This document shows positions 19,670 to 29,806 of a stretch of 64,000 bases of DNA, in pieces. This DNA is from an uncultured Muribaculaceae bacterium. GTDB taxonomy: Bacteria > Bacteroidota > Bacteroidia > Bacteroidales > Muribaculaceae. The DNA is taken from the NCBI GenBank assembly GCA_910584055.1, contig CAJTZS010000002.1:12343-76342 (forward strand), written 5' to 3'. Numbering within the stretch: the first letter of the stretch is position 1; each line of letters opens with the position of its first letter. A program made the translations under genes and the position numbers. Under the pieces are notes generated by a model, which was not told the DNA's origin, ran no database searches, and saw only the letters and a list, made by a program, of their open reading frames with translations.

Positions 19670-20685
19670 TTGTCGGAATATTTGTTAAGCAGACCATTAT
19701 ATACACTTTCGGGTATCCTGACTATGCACCCGTGACGCGCGCCGGGACGTGAAGTGCCGTCTCCAACCATAGGACCTATGAACGAATTCTCCACCCATGG
19801 ACCATCCATGCTCCATGAAGTGAACATCTGATAGGAAAATGGATTCCTGTCATAAGACTCTGCAAGAATTGCATGACGGCCGTCCGGGAGTTGCGTATAA
19901 GCCGGAGCTTCCCTCAACAGGTCAAGAGGAGTCACCGGTTCTCCGGGATTTGTATAAGGACCTGTAAGATTATCGGACATTGCGATTCTCACCGTCTTAC
20001 CGGTCAGGGGCGCCTCTTCGCGACTCCGCTCATCTTTGAGTATCGCATAATATTTGCCATTGATTTTTCTGATAATAGTATCTATAATCGACATCGATTC
20101 ATCAGCACCGGTGAAATTGAAAAGGAGTTTCGGCTTGGTATATGTCTTGAAATCCTTGGTCAGGATATAAAGCGTCCTCATGCTTTGCCAGTCGTTGGTA
20201 TTCTTCACGCGGCATCCATGCCAACTGATGATATACTGCCCGGAATCTTCATCATAAAATATTTTGGGTGCGCCATAATCATTGACCGCATAAAACCCTA
20301 TCTCGTCCGCATCATCGAATATCCTGTTGTCAAGGTAAGTAATGTCCCAGTTTATTAAATCTTCGGAACGCCATAATGCAAGAGGCATCACGCCGATCAT
20401 ATAATATTTGCCGTCGCCACCCCGACATATATCCGGATGACCCTTGTAACCCATGTTGATCACATCTCCTTTGTTTAGGGTCTGCCAGTTGTAGCAGTCT
20501 CTCGATATCGCATAGTGGATTTTATAATAACGGGCATTCGTGATGAATGCAAACAGATAGCCTCCGTCTTGCACTTCTTCATGCTCTATTTTATCTATGG
20601 CCGGAGTGAGGTCGTTGCCACATGCCGTTAAAGTAAAGCAGACGGCAAGCGTTGTTATTATACTTTTGAATAAATGTTGTTTCAT
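19666..20685 (-). CDS. GH43-like five-bladed beta-propeller glycosidase, lipoprotein
   Basis: Lipobox LTA-C; YAISRD..NW, APKIFYD, TKDFKTY, IIDTII, LKDE, REAP motifs. Confidence 0.75.
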   Translation of the reverse strand: MKQHLFKSIITTLAVCFTLTACGNDLTPAIDKIEHEEVQDGGYLFAFITNARYYKIHYAISRDCYNWQTLNKGDVINMGYKGHPDICRGGDGKYYMIGVMPLALWRSEDLINWDITYLDNRIFDDADEIGFYAVNDYGAPKIFYDEDSGQYIISWHGCRVKNTNDWQSMRTLYILTKDFKTYTKPKLLFNFTGADESMSIIDTIIRKINGKYYAILKDERSREEAPLTGKTVRIAMSDNLTGPYTNPGEPVTPLDLLREAPAYTQLPDGRHAILAESYDRNPFSYQMFTSWSMDGPWVENSFIGPMVGDGTSRPGARHGCIVRIPESVYNGLLNKYSDK

Positions 20686-20691
20686 GATGTA

Positions 20692-22311
20692 TTATATTGA
20701 TGATGGATTTGCTTTTGCGAGATCTTCCTCCCAACCTTCGCGGCTCCATTCCTGCTGTAGGTTTATTCCGGAGGCTTTGGCCTGGTCTACAGCATAATTG
20801 GGCAACGGGATATATTGGGAAGTGGGAATTGTCTGTTTCGTCTCATACATTTTCTGGGCGTAGACATTAAAGCGTATGAGGTCTATTTTCCGGCAGCCCT
20901 CATACATCAGTTCATGTCCGCGCTCTTTCAGAATCGCATCCAGGAATGAGTCAAGGGATGATGTGGCGTCTGATGTCAACCCCTCCAGACCGGCACGCCC
21001 GCGAACAAGATTGACGGCATTGACTGCATCCTGACTTACCGTCTTGGATTTTCTTGCAGATAGTTCCGCATACATCAACAACACGTCCCCCCACCTGGCA
21101 AGCGGAATATCCTGTCCCTGGAATGTTGTGGCTGTTTCTTGAGGCCATTTATTAAGTATATATCCATTCCATCTGATTCCGAAATTACTTCTTGTCACCG
21201 TCACTCCGTCTTTCGCCTCGTAACTTGTTACAATGGTTTTGCGTCTCAGGTCCGATGCCTCGAATGTCTCATAGAATGTTTTGTCTATACTGAATGCCTG
21301 CAGCCAGCCGCCTCCACGTGGAAACGGATCTTTTTCCGCGACATCTGCGGGCAAAGCCAACATCATGAACGGGTTGAAGTTGCCATGCATGGGATTGCCG
21401 TCTGCATCGGAATTGCAACTGACGGCGGCAATAACCTCGCAATTGAATTTATTCGCATTGAGGAACTGGGCGGCATATGGATTCTCCCCCTGATCAAAAA
21501 GGCGATACCTCCCGTTATTGAGTTCACGATACATTTCGAGTCCCCTCTCATAATACCCGGGCATATGATCGCCTTCGTTAAGGCAATGGCGCATCAGACA
21601 ATAACGCGCATAGTCACGGGTGAAACGACCCTGCTCCTTTGCCGCTTCAGGAGCGTTGGCGACTGCATATTCAAAATCATCGGATATCCAGGAACACATC
21701 TCGTCAAGCGTCGGACGCTCCACATTCGAAAGAGTCGCCGGGTCAAGTATCTTTGTAGGATCCAGAACAACTCTCACCGGGCCGAAATTATGAAGAAGAT
21801 AATACATCATCAGTCCGCGGCACAGGCGAGCCTCCCCGAGCAATCCACACTTTGTGGCTTCAGGAAGCTCCGCTTTGGAGAGCACATCGATAATTTCCGT
21901 GTAACGCGTAATCTGGGCTGTTTTCGGGAAATGATTTATCGAGTTGGCATCGTTTACCGTTCCCCTCCAGTAATACTGAGCGTTGGTGAAGTCTCCCAAG
22001 GGATAACGTCCCCACTCATCCCCGGCATGGGGATGCCGTCCGTTGATATCGCTTGTGGAATCAAACATCCTTATCACCCCTCCTGCCGGTATATGCCAAC
22101 CGTGCTGCAACCCGGCGGAAGACATGTCATATGTCCACACGGTAGTGAACGGAAGATAACATGTCATCATGTAGGATTCGTACTCTTTCTCTGTGGATGG
22201 GAACTCTCCCGGCAACAGGTTTCCGTAAATCTGAGGATCGAAATTGTTTTCACATCCGCCCAGTAAAAGCGCCGTTGCCAATCCTAAAAATATTTTTATA
22301 TGTCTACGCAT
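20692..22311 (-). CDS. SusD/RagB family glycan-binding lipoprotein
   Basis: Lipobox LGG-C; GEARLCRG, RWGDVLLMYAE, NLVRGRAG, ERGHELMYEG.RKIDLIRF. Confidence 0.95.
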   Translation of the reverse strand: MRRHIKIFLGLATALLLGGCENNFDPQIYGNLLPGEFPSTEKEYESYMMTCYLPFTTVWTYDMSSAGLQHGWHIPAGGVIRMFDSTSDINGRHPHAGDEWGRYPLGDFTNAQYYWRGTVNDANSINHFPKTAQITRYTEIIDVLSKAELPEATKCGLLGEARLCRGLMMYYLLHNFGPVRVVLDPTKILDPATLSNVERPTLDEMCSWISDDFEYAVANAPEAAKEQGRFTRDYARYCLMRHCLNEGDHMPGYYERGLEMYRELNNGRYRLFDQGENPYAAQFLNANKFNCEVIAAVSCNSDADGNPMHGNFNPFMMLALPADVAEKDPFPRGGGWLQAFSIDKTFYETFEASDLRRKTIVTSYEAKDGVTVTRSNFGIRWNGYILNKWPQETATTFQGQDIPLARWGDVLLMYAELSARKSKTVSQDAVNAVNLVRGRAGLEGLTSDATSSLDSFLDAILKERGHELMYEGCRKIDLIRFNVYAQKMYETKQTIPTSQYIPLPNYAVDQAKASGINLQQEWSREGWEEDLAKANPSSI

Positions 22312-22322
22312 GTCTTAAAGGT

Positions 22323-25300
22323 TTAGAAAGTTAGTTTTGCCCCAAATGTGTACACCCTGTTCTGCGGGAACTGCCCCCCGTTGAGATTGGCGGCCGCATT
22401 TATAATTTCAGGGTCACAATCTTTAAATCTCGTAATAGTGAATGGATTCTGAAAATCTACATAAACTCTTATCCCCTTGACCCAGCCCTTGAAAACAGCA
22501 AGAGTTCGTGGTTGAAGGTTATAGCCGAAAGTAATGTTCCGGACCCTAAGGAATGAAGCGTCTTCATACAGTGTATCAAATCCGATATTGCCCGGCATAG
22601 TCAATTTAGACACAGCAATTCCGGGGAATTTCGCATTCGCACTATTGGTCTGGGAGTTCCATACATGATACACGTCTTTGGTTGTATTACCTGCCACAGT
22701 TCCGTAAGACAGGCTCACCGCGTTGCTTCCCTGAGCATAGGTATTGTTGTATTTCTTAACCCCGAGCTGTCCATAGAAAAATATGTCAAGGTCAAAACCT
22801 TTGTAGTTAAAAGTATTGCCTAATCCATAATATAGTTTTGGGAGCATGTCACGCATATAGATGTCGTTGACATCTATTTTTCCGTCTCCGTTTTTATCCA
22901 CTACAATCGGAAATCCTGGCATACATGCCTTCTCCCCCAAAGACCTCTGAGACTCCGGGATATTATCCTTATTTATATTTATGATTCCGTCGGTCTTATA
23001 AAAGTATACGGCATTCATAGGCTCGTTTTTACGCACCTGATATTCCTGATAGTCATAGTTCGGCATACGTTCTATCCATGTGGATTTGTAATGGGAGAGA
23101 GTAAGCATGGTGGTCCATGTGAATTCACGCGTAGAGATGTTGGTGGAATTCAGGCTTATGTCTATACCTTCCCTTTTGAAATGTCCCCCGTTGATAGGCC
23201 GCGATCCATGCATGCCGAGAAGTTCGGTAGAGGCTGTGCCGAGCATATGTGTGATGTCGTTCCTGTAAAGGTCAATGGCTCCGCTTAGCCTGTTGTTCAG
23301 GATACTGAAATCTATACCTACATTCTTCATGGTTGTCTTCTGCCATGTCACGTCTTCATAGTTGGCGCCGAGAATTACAAAAGGGATATAGGATACGGAG
23401 TTCCCCCCGAACATTACATTCTCTCTGGTCGTGCCTATGAGTCCATAAAGGCTCGTACCTAAATTATCAGAACCGGTCTCGCCATATGACGCCCTCAGCT
23501 TTAGCATGTTGATCCATTCTACATCGCGCATGAACGATTCATTGTTGATTTTCCATGCCAGCGATACGGATGGAAACCATGAATATTTCTTGCTTGGGAA
23601 AAACTTGTCTGTTCCGTCTCTGCGAATAGAAAACTGAAGCACGTACCGGTTTAGGAAATCGCCTGTAACCCTGGCAAACTGGGAACGCTTTTCGTTCCCG
23701 TATTTATTGGAACCGGGGAAGAACGGACCGTCTGCCTTCTGGATACTTTCGCTATTAAGATGGTCATTGGCATTCTCATACGACACCCACATACTTTTAC
23801 CCCAATCTTTATACAGGCCCATACCTATCATGGCCGACAGGTCAACTATATCTCCAAAAGACTGGTTATAGTTTATGAAACCTTCAAGAGTGCTGTGGTG
23901 TCTGTTTGCAGACTCTATATTCCCTCTTGACTTTTTCTGAAGCGAGAAATACACATCGGAAGGTATGTATGAATCCCTTTGCATCGTTTCGTTATTGATT
24001 CCATATACACCACGCACAGAAAGGATATTCTTGATGATATCAATATCTAAAGCCAGATTGGCATACCATGAACTTTGGTCAGAATGATCTGATATCCGTA
24101 AGGAGGAAACAGGATTGGGAATTCTTTCCCATTGCGTGTAGCCACCCTTTTCATCATAGACAGGCAAATATGACGGATAACTCTCTGCCGCGAATAGTGA
24201 GCCTCCGCACGCTCCGCCCTGATTCCCTACATCGCCTCCATTGGTGGAATTGGTATAGGCATTCTTGCTAAGATTGACCACTGTGGTCAGACGCATGAAA
24301 TTTGTTATCTTTGTCTGGATGTTTGTGCGCAATGAATAGCGCTTCATATCGGAATTTTTCACAGTTGCCTGTTCATCGTAATAGTTGAGGCCTAAATAAT
24401 ATTTCACCCATTCCGAGCCCCCGCTTACTGTAAGGTTGTGATTGGTGATGTAACCGGTGCGCAGGACGTTGGATCTCCAGTCAGTATCGATCGCATCCCT
24501 TATCATGGATGTGGTGAAGACAGGCTGGAAATGACCGTCGTAAGCTGTATTGCCGTAAGGATATTGCCCGCGCTCATATAGATAGTTCTCTTTCATATAG
24601 AGATTTATCATATTCATCAGTTCCGGCCCTCTCAGCAACGTCTTATTGTTATAATGTTGCTGGAGCGAACAACTCCCCTCGTATGTCACAGTAGGTTTGC
24701 CGGTTTTTCCTTTCTTTGTGGTTATGAGAATCACACCGTCCGCTGATCCGATTCCATATATGGCGGCCGCAGCGTCTTTCAACACTTCTATGGATTCTAT
24801 GTCACTCGGATTCAGTCCCTGGAGTCCGGAACGGTTGATGGATGTCGGTAGCAATATGTCTCCGGTGCCCCCCTCAAGGGAACCCGAAGGCATCACAACC
24901 CCGTCAACCACATAGACCGGAGTGCCGCCACCGCGCACAGATATGTTGATTCCGCCGCCGGGCTGAGGGCTTGAAACATTCGCCTGCACGCCGGCAGCAC
25001 GTCCGAGCAACATGGAATTAACGTTGCTTGACGCGGCCTTCTGTATCCCGTCGGCTTTTACGGAACTGATGGATGTTGTCAGGTTCTTACGAGTGGTAGC
25101 TCCATAACCGGTCACAACAATCTCATTTAGAAGATTCGTATTCTCTTTGAGCGTGACATTGACTTCTCCGGCTTTTGATATTTTCTGTTTCACCGGTTCA
25201 TATCCGACATAGGTATACATTACCATGGAATTTACAGGAACTTTAAGGCTATAAACCCCTTCTATGTCTGTGGCCGCTCCGTATTTGCCGGCACTCGTCA

Positions 25301-25730
25301 CAGAAACTCCGACCAGAGGCTCACCGTTATTGTCCACAACCTTCCCATATATGTTTACCATCGCCTTTTCTTTGGATACAGACGGTTTGGAAGCATCATG
25401 CATGGCTATGATGATATGCTTCCCGTCTACCTTATAATTAAGTTTACGCGGCAACAGTATCTTGTCGAGTATCGACCGGATATTCTCGTTATCAACCTTG
25501 ATTGTCACCGGAGCCACAACTCCTATGATATCGTTATTGAAGAAAAAGTGATAACCGGATTCCCTTTCCAAAAGCGTCAGGACTTCTGTCAGGGGTCGTT
25601 CCTTCACATTTAGACTCATTTTTGCATTTTGGGCATGCGTATATCCTATATCCATGAGACATAGCATGGCGATAAGCAGACATTTTCTTAAAATCGTCGT
25701 GCCGAATATGTTTATTGGGTTCATATTCAT
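22323..25730 (-). CDS. SusC/RagA TonB-dependent transporter with N-terminal STN signalling extension
   Basis: STN-like N-terminus; NPSDIESIEVLKDAAAAIYG..GVILITTKKG plug; C-terminal F; consistent with the adjacent FecR/ECF pair. Confidence 0.96.
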   Translation of the reverse strand: MNMNPINIFGTTILRKCLLIAMLCLMDIGYTHAQNAKMSLNVKERPLTEVLTLLERESGYHFFFNNDIIGVVAPVTIKVDNENIRSILDKILLPRKLNYKVDGKHIIIAMHDASKPSVSKEKAMVNIYGKVVDNNGEPLVGVSVTSAGKYGAATDIEGVYSLKVPVNSMVMYTYVGYEPVKQKISKAGEVNVTLKENTNLLNEIVVTGYGATTRKNLTTSISSVKADGIQKAASSNVNSMLLGRAAGVQANVSSPQPGGGINISVRGGGTPVYVVDGVVMPSGSLEGGTGDILLPTSINRSGLQGLNPSDIESIEVLKDAAAAIYGIGSADGVILITTKKGKTGKPTVTYEGSCSLQQHYNNKTLLRGPELMNMINLYMKENYLYERGQYPYGNTAYDGHFQPVFTTSMIRDAIDTDWRSNVLRTGYITNHNLTVSGGSEWVKYYLGLNYYDEQATVKNSDMKRYSLRTNIQTKITNFMRLTTVVNLSKNAYTNSTNGGDVGNQGGACGGSLFAAESYPSYLPVYDEKGGYTQWERIPNPVSSLRISDHSDQSSWYANLALDIDIIKNILSVRGVYGINNETMQRDSYIPSDVYFSLQKKSRGNIESANRHHSTLEGFINYNQSFGDIVDLSAMIGMGLYKDWGKSMWVSYENANDHLNSESIQKADGPFFPGSNKYGNEKRSQFARVTGDFLNRYVLQFSIRRDGTDKFFPSKKYSWFPSVSLAWKINNESFMRDVEWINMLKLRASYGETGSDNLGTSLYGLIGTTRENVMFGGNSVSYIPFVILGANYEDVTWQKTTMKNVGIDFSILNNRLSGAIDLYRNDITHMLGTASTELLGMHGSRPINGGHFKREGIDISLNSTNISTREFTWTTMLTLSHYKSTWIERMPNYDYQEYQVRKNEPMNAVYFYKTDGIININKDNIPESQRSLGEKACMPGFPIVVDKNGDGKIDVNDIYMRDMLPKLYYGLGNTFNYKGFDLDIFFYGQLGVKKYNNTYAQGSNAVSLSYGTVAGNTTKDVYHVWNSQTNSANAKFPGIAVSKLTMPGNIGFDTLYEDASFLRVRNITFGYNLQPRTLAVFKGWVKGIRVYVDFQNPFTITRFKDCDPEIINAAANLNGGQFPQNRVYTFGAKLTF

Positions 25731-26971
25731 TTAGTTTTGTTATTTCGTGGTTTTAAAAGATACATCGCAACATCCTCACCCGGGATTTTTATTTTCAAAG
25801 GTTTATTTGTATCGCCCTTTTTATTCTTATTCCATAGGTCGAATGTGTCGTATGTTATGGTTGAGAAATTTGTAAACCTATCGGAAAATTTATCATGTAT
25901 ATTAAAATCCTGCCAATCCAATTTAAATTTCCAGGTGTCATGCGTACGGTTGAATATGCACAAAGCCCATTTCCCATCGGATAGAGGCTTCCACCATATT
26001 TCAATTCCTCCATCCTGAAGTATTCTGAATCCCTGAATTCCGAGGGGATCTTGGTCTACAGCGATAACCTCCTTGTTCATCAGCACGGAAGCCGTATGGG
26101 GACTCATGTCCCTGACATCATTGCCAAGAATCAATGGAGCCGCCATCATTGCCCAAAGGCTGAAATGCGCGCGCTCCTGATTTTCCGTCAGACCGTTCCC
26201 TATTTCAAGCATATCCGGGTCGTTCCAATGTCCGGGTCCTGCATACTCTCTCAAAGCCGCGTTTTTGTCAAGTATCTCGGTTACTGCCAGATTCCAAATA
26301 TTAGAAATCTGCGTCGTATCGCTGAATACCGGCTCGATGTCCTGAGTCGTTCTCCACATATGACCTACTTCCTTAGCCCACTTCCAAGGGTGTGTTGTGC
26401 CCCATTCGCAAATGGAAAAAATCATCGGGCGACCGGCTTCCCGCAATGCCGTGCTCATCAACCTGTAGGCATTTTCGGAATTGAAATTTGGAGTGTTGCA
26501 CCAATCATATTTCAGATAATCAACTCCCCAGCGTGCATATTGCAACGCATCCTGAAATTCATGTCCGGCACTGCCGAATTCACCCGCGCATGTCTTGTAT
26601 CCGGCATCTGAATAGATCCCTAATTTCAAGCCACGCTCATGCATATAGTCTGCAAGTGCCTTGATTCCGCTTGGAAACCGTTGGGGATCGCATAGTGGAA
26701 AACCGTTCTCATCTCGTGACGGAGCATGCCAGCAGTCATCTATATTGACATAAACGTATCCTGCGTCTCTGAGACCGCTGGAGACAAGAGCATCGGCTAT
26801 TGTCTTGATCTTAGTTTCATCAATGTCTTCATGAAATCTGTTCCATGAACTCCATCCCATCGGCGGTGTCTGCGCAAGATTCTCATATTTTTGCGCAATG
26901 CTCCAATCCGCAGCAAGTGCCAGAAGCAGGGCTGCGACCAATAGCTTCACTTTCATCTGTGTTTTTATCAT
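25727..26971 (-). CDS. GH27 alpha-galactosidase
   Basis: TPPMGWSSWN, NIDDCW, DYLKYDWC, SICEWG, WRTTQDI, WNDPDMLE motifs. Confidence 0.95.
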   Translation of the reverse strand: MIKTQMKVKLLVAALLLALAADWSIAQKYENLAQTPPMGWSSWNRFHEDIDETKIKTIADALVSSGLRDAGYVYVNIDDCWHAPSRDENGFPLCDPQRFPSGIKALADYMHERGLKLGIYSDAGYKTCAGEFGSAGHEFQDALQYARWGVDYLKYDWCNTPNFNSENAYRLMSTALREAGRPMIFSICEWGTTHPWKWAKEVGHMWRTTQDIEPVFSDTTQISNIWNLAVTEILDKNAALREYAGPGHWNDPDMLEIGNGLTENQERAHFSLWAMMAAPLILGNDVRDMSPHTASVLMNKEVIAVDQDPLGIQGFRILQDGGIEIWWKPLSDGKWALCIFNRTHDTWKFKLDWQDFNIHDKFSDRFTNFSTITYDTFDLWNKNKKGDTNKPLKIKIPGEDVAMYLLKPRNNKTK

Positions 26972-27145
26972 CTGAGTTTTTTTGTTGGTTATTGTTGTTT
27001 TAAGGAACTGAAGTCAAAATGACTAATATATAAAAGACACATGAAAATCACCGACCCACACAATCCGATTCAAAAAAATTAATTTTTGAAAAATTTTATT
27101 AAAAATACTTGCATATTAGCCTTATTCTGAATAATTTCGTGCATC

Positions 27146-27763
27146 ATGAAAAAGAAGAGTGACGAATCTGATGATGAAGAATTGCTTGAACGGATTAGGA
27201 AAGGAGACCTCCGTGCCTTTGATAATCTATTCCGCAAGTATTATGTCGATATAGTCATGTTCTGCGCTCAGTTTGTTGACACCAGAGAGGATGCCGAAGA
27301 TATAGCGCAGAGTGTGTTCCTGCGGCTTTGGGAACAGCATAGGGAGGCATCCATCCATACAGACTTCAGGTCATACATTGTAGGGTGCGCACGGAACGCA
27401 TGCCTGAACTTTATCAGACACAAGAAGTTTATTACACAATACAACTCCGAGTATCTAACCCTCCTCCCTTATAAACAGGCTGAAAAGGCAGACGGTATTC
27501 TCCTATATTCAGAACTGATGGAACTCATAAAACTTGGCGAAGATTCCTTAGAGCCCAAGGAACGGGAAGTGTGGGATCTTAGCCGACACGCGGGGATGAA
27601 ATACTCTGAAATCGCAATCGAGCTGGGGCTATCGGTGCGCGGTGTCGAAAACAGGATGGCCAATGCCAAGCGACATCTCAGATTGTTTCTGAATCGCCAT
27701 TGGCCATGGATACTTCTTAATCCTATAATAACATTAACTCAAATATATGGACTCCTGCAATAA
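27146..27763 (+). CDS. ECF RNA polymerase sigma-70 factor (Bacteroides expansion family)
   Basis: AEDIAQSVFLRLWE region 2; GMKYSEIAIELGLSVRGVEN region 4. Confidence 0.93.
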   Translation: MKKKSDESDDEELLERIRKGDLRAFDNLFRKYYVDIVMFCAQFVDTREDAEDIAQSVFLRLWEQHREASIHTDFRSYIVGCARNACLNFIRHKKFITQYNSEYLTLLPYKQAEKADGILLYSELMELIKLGEDSLEPKEREVWDLSRHAGMKYSEIAIELGLSVRGVENRMANAKRHLRLFLNRHWPWILLNPIITLTQIYGLLQ

Positions 27764-28793
27764 ATACGATAGAAATATAGCCGGCGAGATCCCAATGGAA
27801 ATGGAGATCCTGATTGACAAGGTTCTTGAAAACCGCGCCACATGCAGCGAAATATCTCTTGTTGAAGAATGGGTCGCGGCCGACGAAGCAAACAGCAAAG
27901 TATTCGAACAAAAACGTATGCTGCATAATCTATTGGATTCTCCCGTTAATCCTGACGACCTCGATATTGAGGAGGCACTTAACAAATTACACAAGGCAAT
28001 AAGACGCAGACCCGGATGGATTGATTATTTATGGCGTTATGCAGCAGTTGCAGCTGCGGTTGTAATAATAATTGGCATTACAGTTTTATATCAATCATAT
28101 GACGCAAAGAGCAAAGCGATAGAAGCAGTGGCGTCAAATGAGATTTCCCTATACGCTCCTTTCGGATCTCTGATAGAGACAGTTCTTCCCGATGGATCGA
28201 AGGTTTGGCTTAATTCAAACAGCAGAATAATGTATCCCACTGTTTTCGATAAAGAAAAAAGGATGGTTTCTATTGTTGGAGAAGGGTATTTTGAGGTCAA
28301 GGCAGACCACTCCCATCCATTTATAGTCGCAACGGATAAAGGATCTGTTTGCGCAACAGGGACCGCCTTCAACGTGAATGCATACCCCGATAATCCATTG
28401 GCAATAGTTCTTGTTTCCGGAGCAGTCAATGTCAAGACCAATACCGAGGATTTTCCACTTAAGGCCGGGGAACGCATAGAGATTAATGACTCCTCGAAAG
28501 CCTCAATTTCTCGGGCGGATATAAACAAGGCGTGTTCCTGGAAAGATGGGATTATCGTATTCGACAATGATCCGCTGCCCACAGTGCTCAACAGGCTGTC
28601 TCAAATCTACCCTGTAGACTTTAAAATTATAGACAAGAACCTTTTGAACTCCAACTATCACGTAACCTTCTCCGGCGAAAGTCTGGATGACATTCTCCAC
28701 TTGCTGGAAATCGGAATCCCCATGAAATATGAAGAAGCAATAAATAATGACAGTAAGGACCGCCGCCTCATATACATCCATGCTGCAAAGTAG
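27747..28793 (+). CDS. FecR-family anti-sigma factor
   Basis: Single TM; LPDGSKVWLNSNS, GEGYFEV, GTAFNV, SWKDG motifs. Confidence 0.93.
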   Translation: MDSCNKYDRNIAGEIPMEMEILIDKVLENRATCSEISLVEEWVAADEANSKVFEQKRMLHNLLDSPVNPDDLDIEEALNKLHKAIRRRPGWIDYLWRYAAVAAAVVIIIGITVLYQSYDAKSKAIEAVASNEISLYAPFGSLIETVLPDGSKVWLNSNSRIMYPTVFDKEKRMVSIVGEGYFEVKADHSHPFIVATDKGSVCATGTAFNVNAYPDNPLAIVLVSGAVNVKTNTEDFPLKAGERIEINDSSKASISRADINKACSWKDGIIVFDNDPLPTVLNRLSQIYPVDFKIIDKNLLNSNYHVTFSGESLDDILHLLEIGIPMKYEEAINNDSKDRRLIYIHAAK

Positions 28794-28865
28794 GCAGGGT
28801 AAATTAAGCCGCCGCCTTCCAACCCCTTTGACAAATAAATCCGACAAAAAACATAAAAAACATAT

Positions 28866-29723
28866 ATGAAGAAACTTATGATGGCGATAATGGCATGTGG
28901 CGTAATTTTCCTGGCCATGGCTGAAGAGAAAGACTACAAACTCATTTGGAGTGATGAATTCAACATTGACGGCCCCCCGGCAGCTCATTGGAGCTATGAA
29001 AACGGCTTTGTCCGCAATCATGAAGACCAGTGGTATCAACCGGAGAATGCAGAGGTCAGGGACGGTTGTCTGGTGATAACCGCCCGGCTGACAGATCTCC
29101 CCAATCCCGGGTATGAACCCGGCAGCAACGATTGGCGCAAGAAAAGGGAACGAATCAGATACACCTCTTCATGCCTGACCACATCCAAGAGTTTCAATTA
29201 TAGATACGGCAGGCTTGAAGTCAGGGCACGAATCCCCGTGACAGAAGGTGCGTGGCCTGCGATATGGACTCTCGGCAACAGGTTCCGCTGGCCGGCGAAC
29301 GGAGAACTCGACCTGATGGAGTTCTACCGGACGAAAGAGGGAGAGCCCATAATACTCGCCAACGCGTGCTGGCTTGGCGACAACAACCGTGATGCCTGGG
29401 ACAGCGCAAGGATTCCTTTCAGCCATTTCCTTGAGAAAGACCCGATGTGGGCATCGAAATTCCATGTCTGGACAATGGACTGGGATCCGGAAACGATACG
29501 CATGTATCTTGACGGAGAACTCCTCAATGAGATTCCCCTCTCGCAGGCCGAGCGTGGCGGCGGTGACTCCCACGATATCAATCCTTTCAGCAACGATATT
29601 AAAGGCTTTGGGGACTACATCCTCCTCAATCTCGCCCTCGGCGGCGACAACGGCGGCAAGATCGACGACACCCAGTTCCCCCTCCGCTACGAGATAGACT
29701 ACGTCCGCGTCTACCAAAAATAA
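28866..29723 (+). CDS. GH16 glycoside hydrolase (laminarinase-like)
   Basis: WSDEF, YGRLEVRA, WPAIW, ELDLME (ExDxxE), EIDYVRVYQ. Confidence 0.92.
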   Translation: MKKLMMAIMACGVIFLAMAEEKDYKLIWSDEFNIDGPPAAHWSYENGFVRNHEDQWYQPENAEVRDGCLVITARLTDLPNPGYEPGSNDWRKKRERIRYTSSCLTTSKSFNYRYGRLEVRARIPVTEGAWPAIWTLGNRFRWPANGELDLMEFYRTKEGEPIILANACWLGDNNRDAWDSARIPFSHFLEKDPMWASKFHVWTMDWDPETIRMYLDGELLNEIPLSQAERGGGDSHDINPFSNDIKGFGDYILLNLALGGDNGGKIDDTQFPLRYEIDYVRVYQK

Positions 29724-29750
29724 TATTGCTCAATTCTTATAAATGACAAT

Positions 29751-29790
29751 AAAAAAAGAATAGTCCGGAGTTTCCGGACTATTCTTTTTT
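29751..29790. terminator. Bidirectional intrinsic terminator between GH16 and sdhB
   Basis: AAAAAAGAATAGTCCGGA-GTT-TCCGGACTATTCTTTTTT. Confidence 0.9.
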
Positions 29791-29806
29791 ATTGGATATC
29801 AGAATT

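Noticed and set aside
21139..22266. Long antisense ORFs within susD (also 53916-54860, 60701-61486 and others)
   Set aside because: Opposite strand of well-supported genes, with no protein-like features
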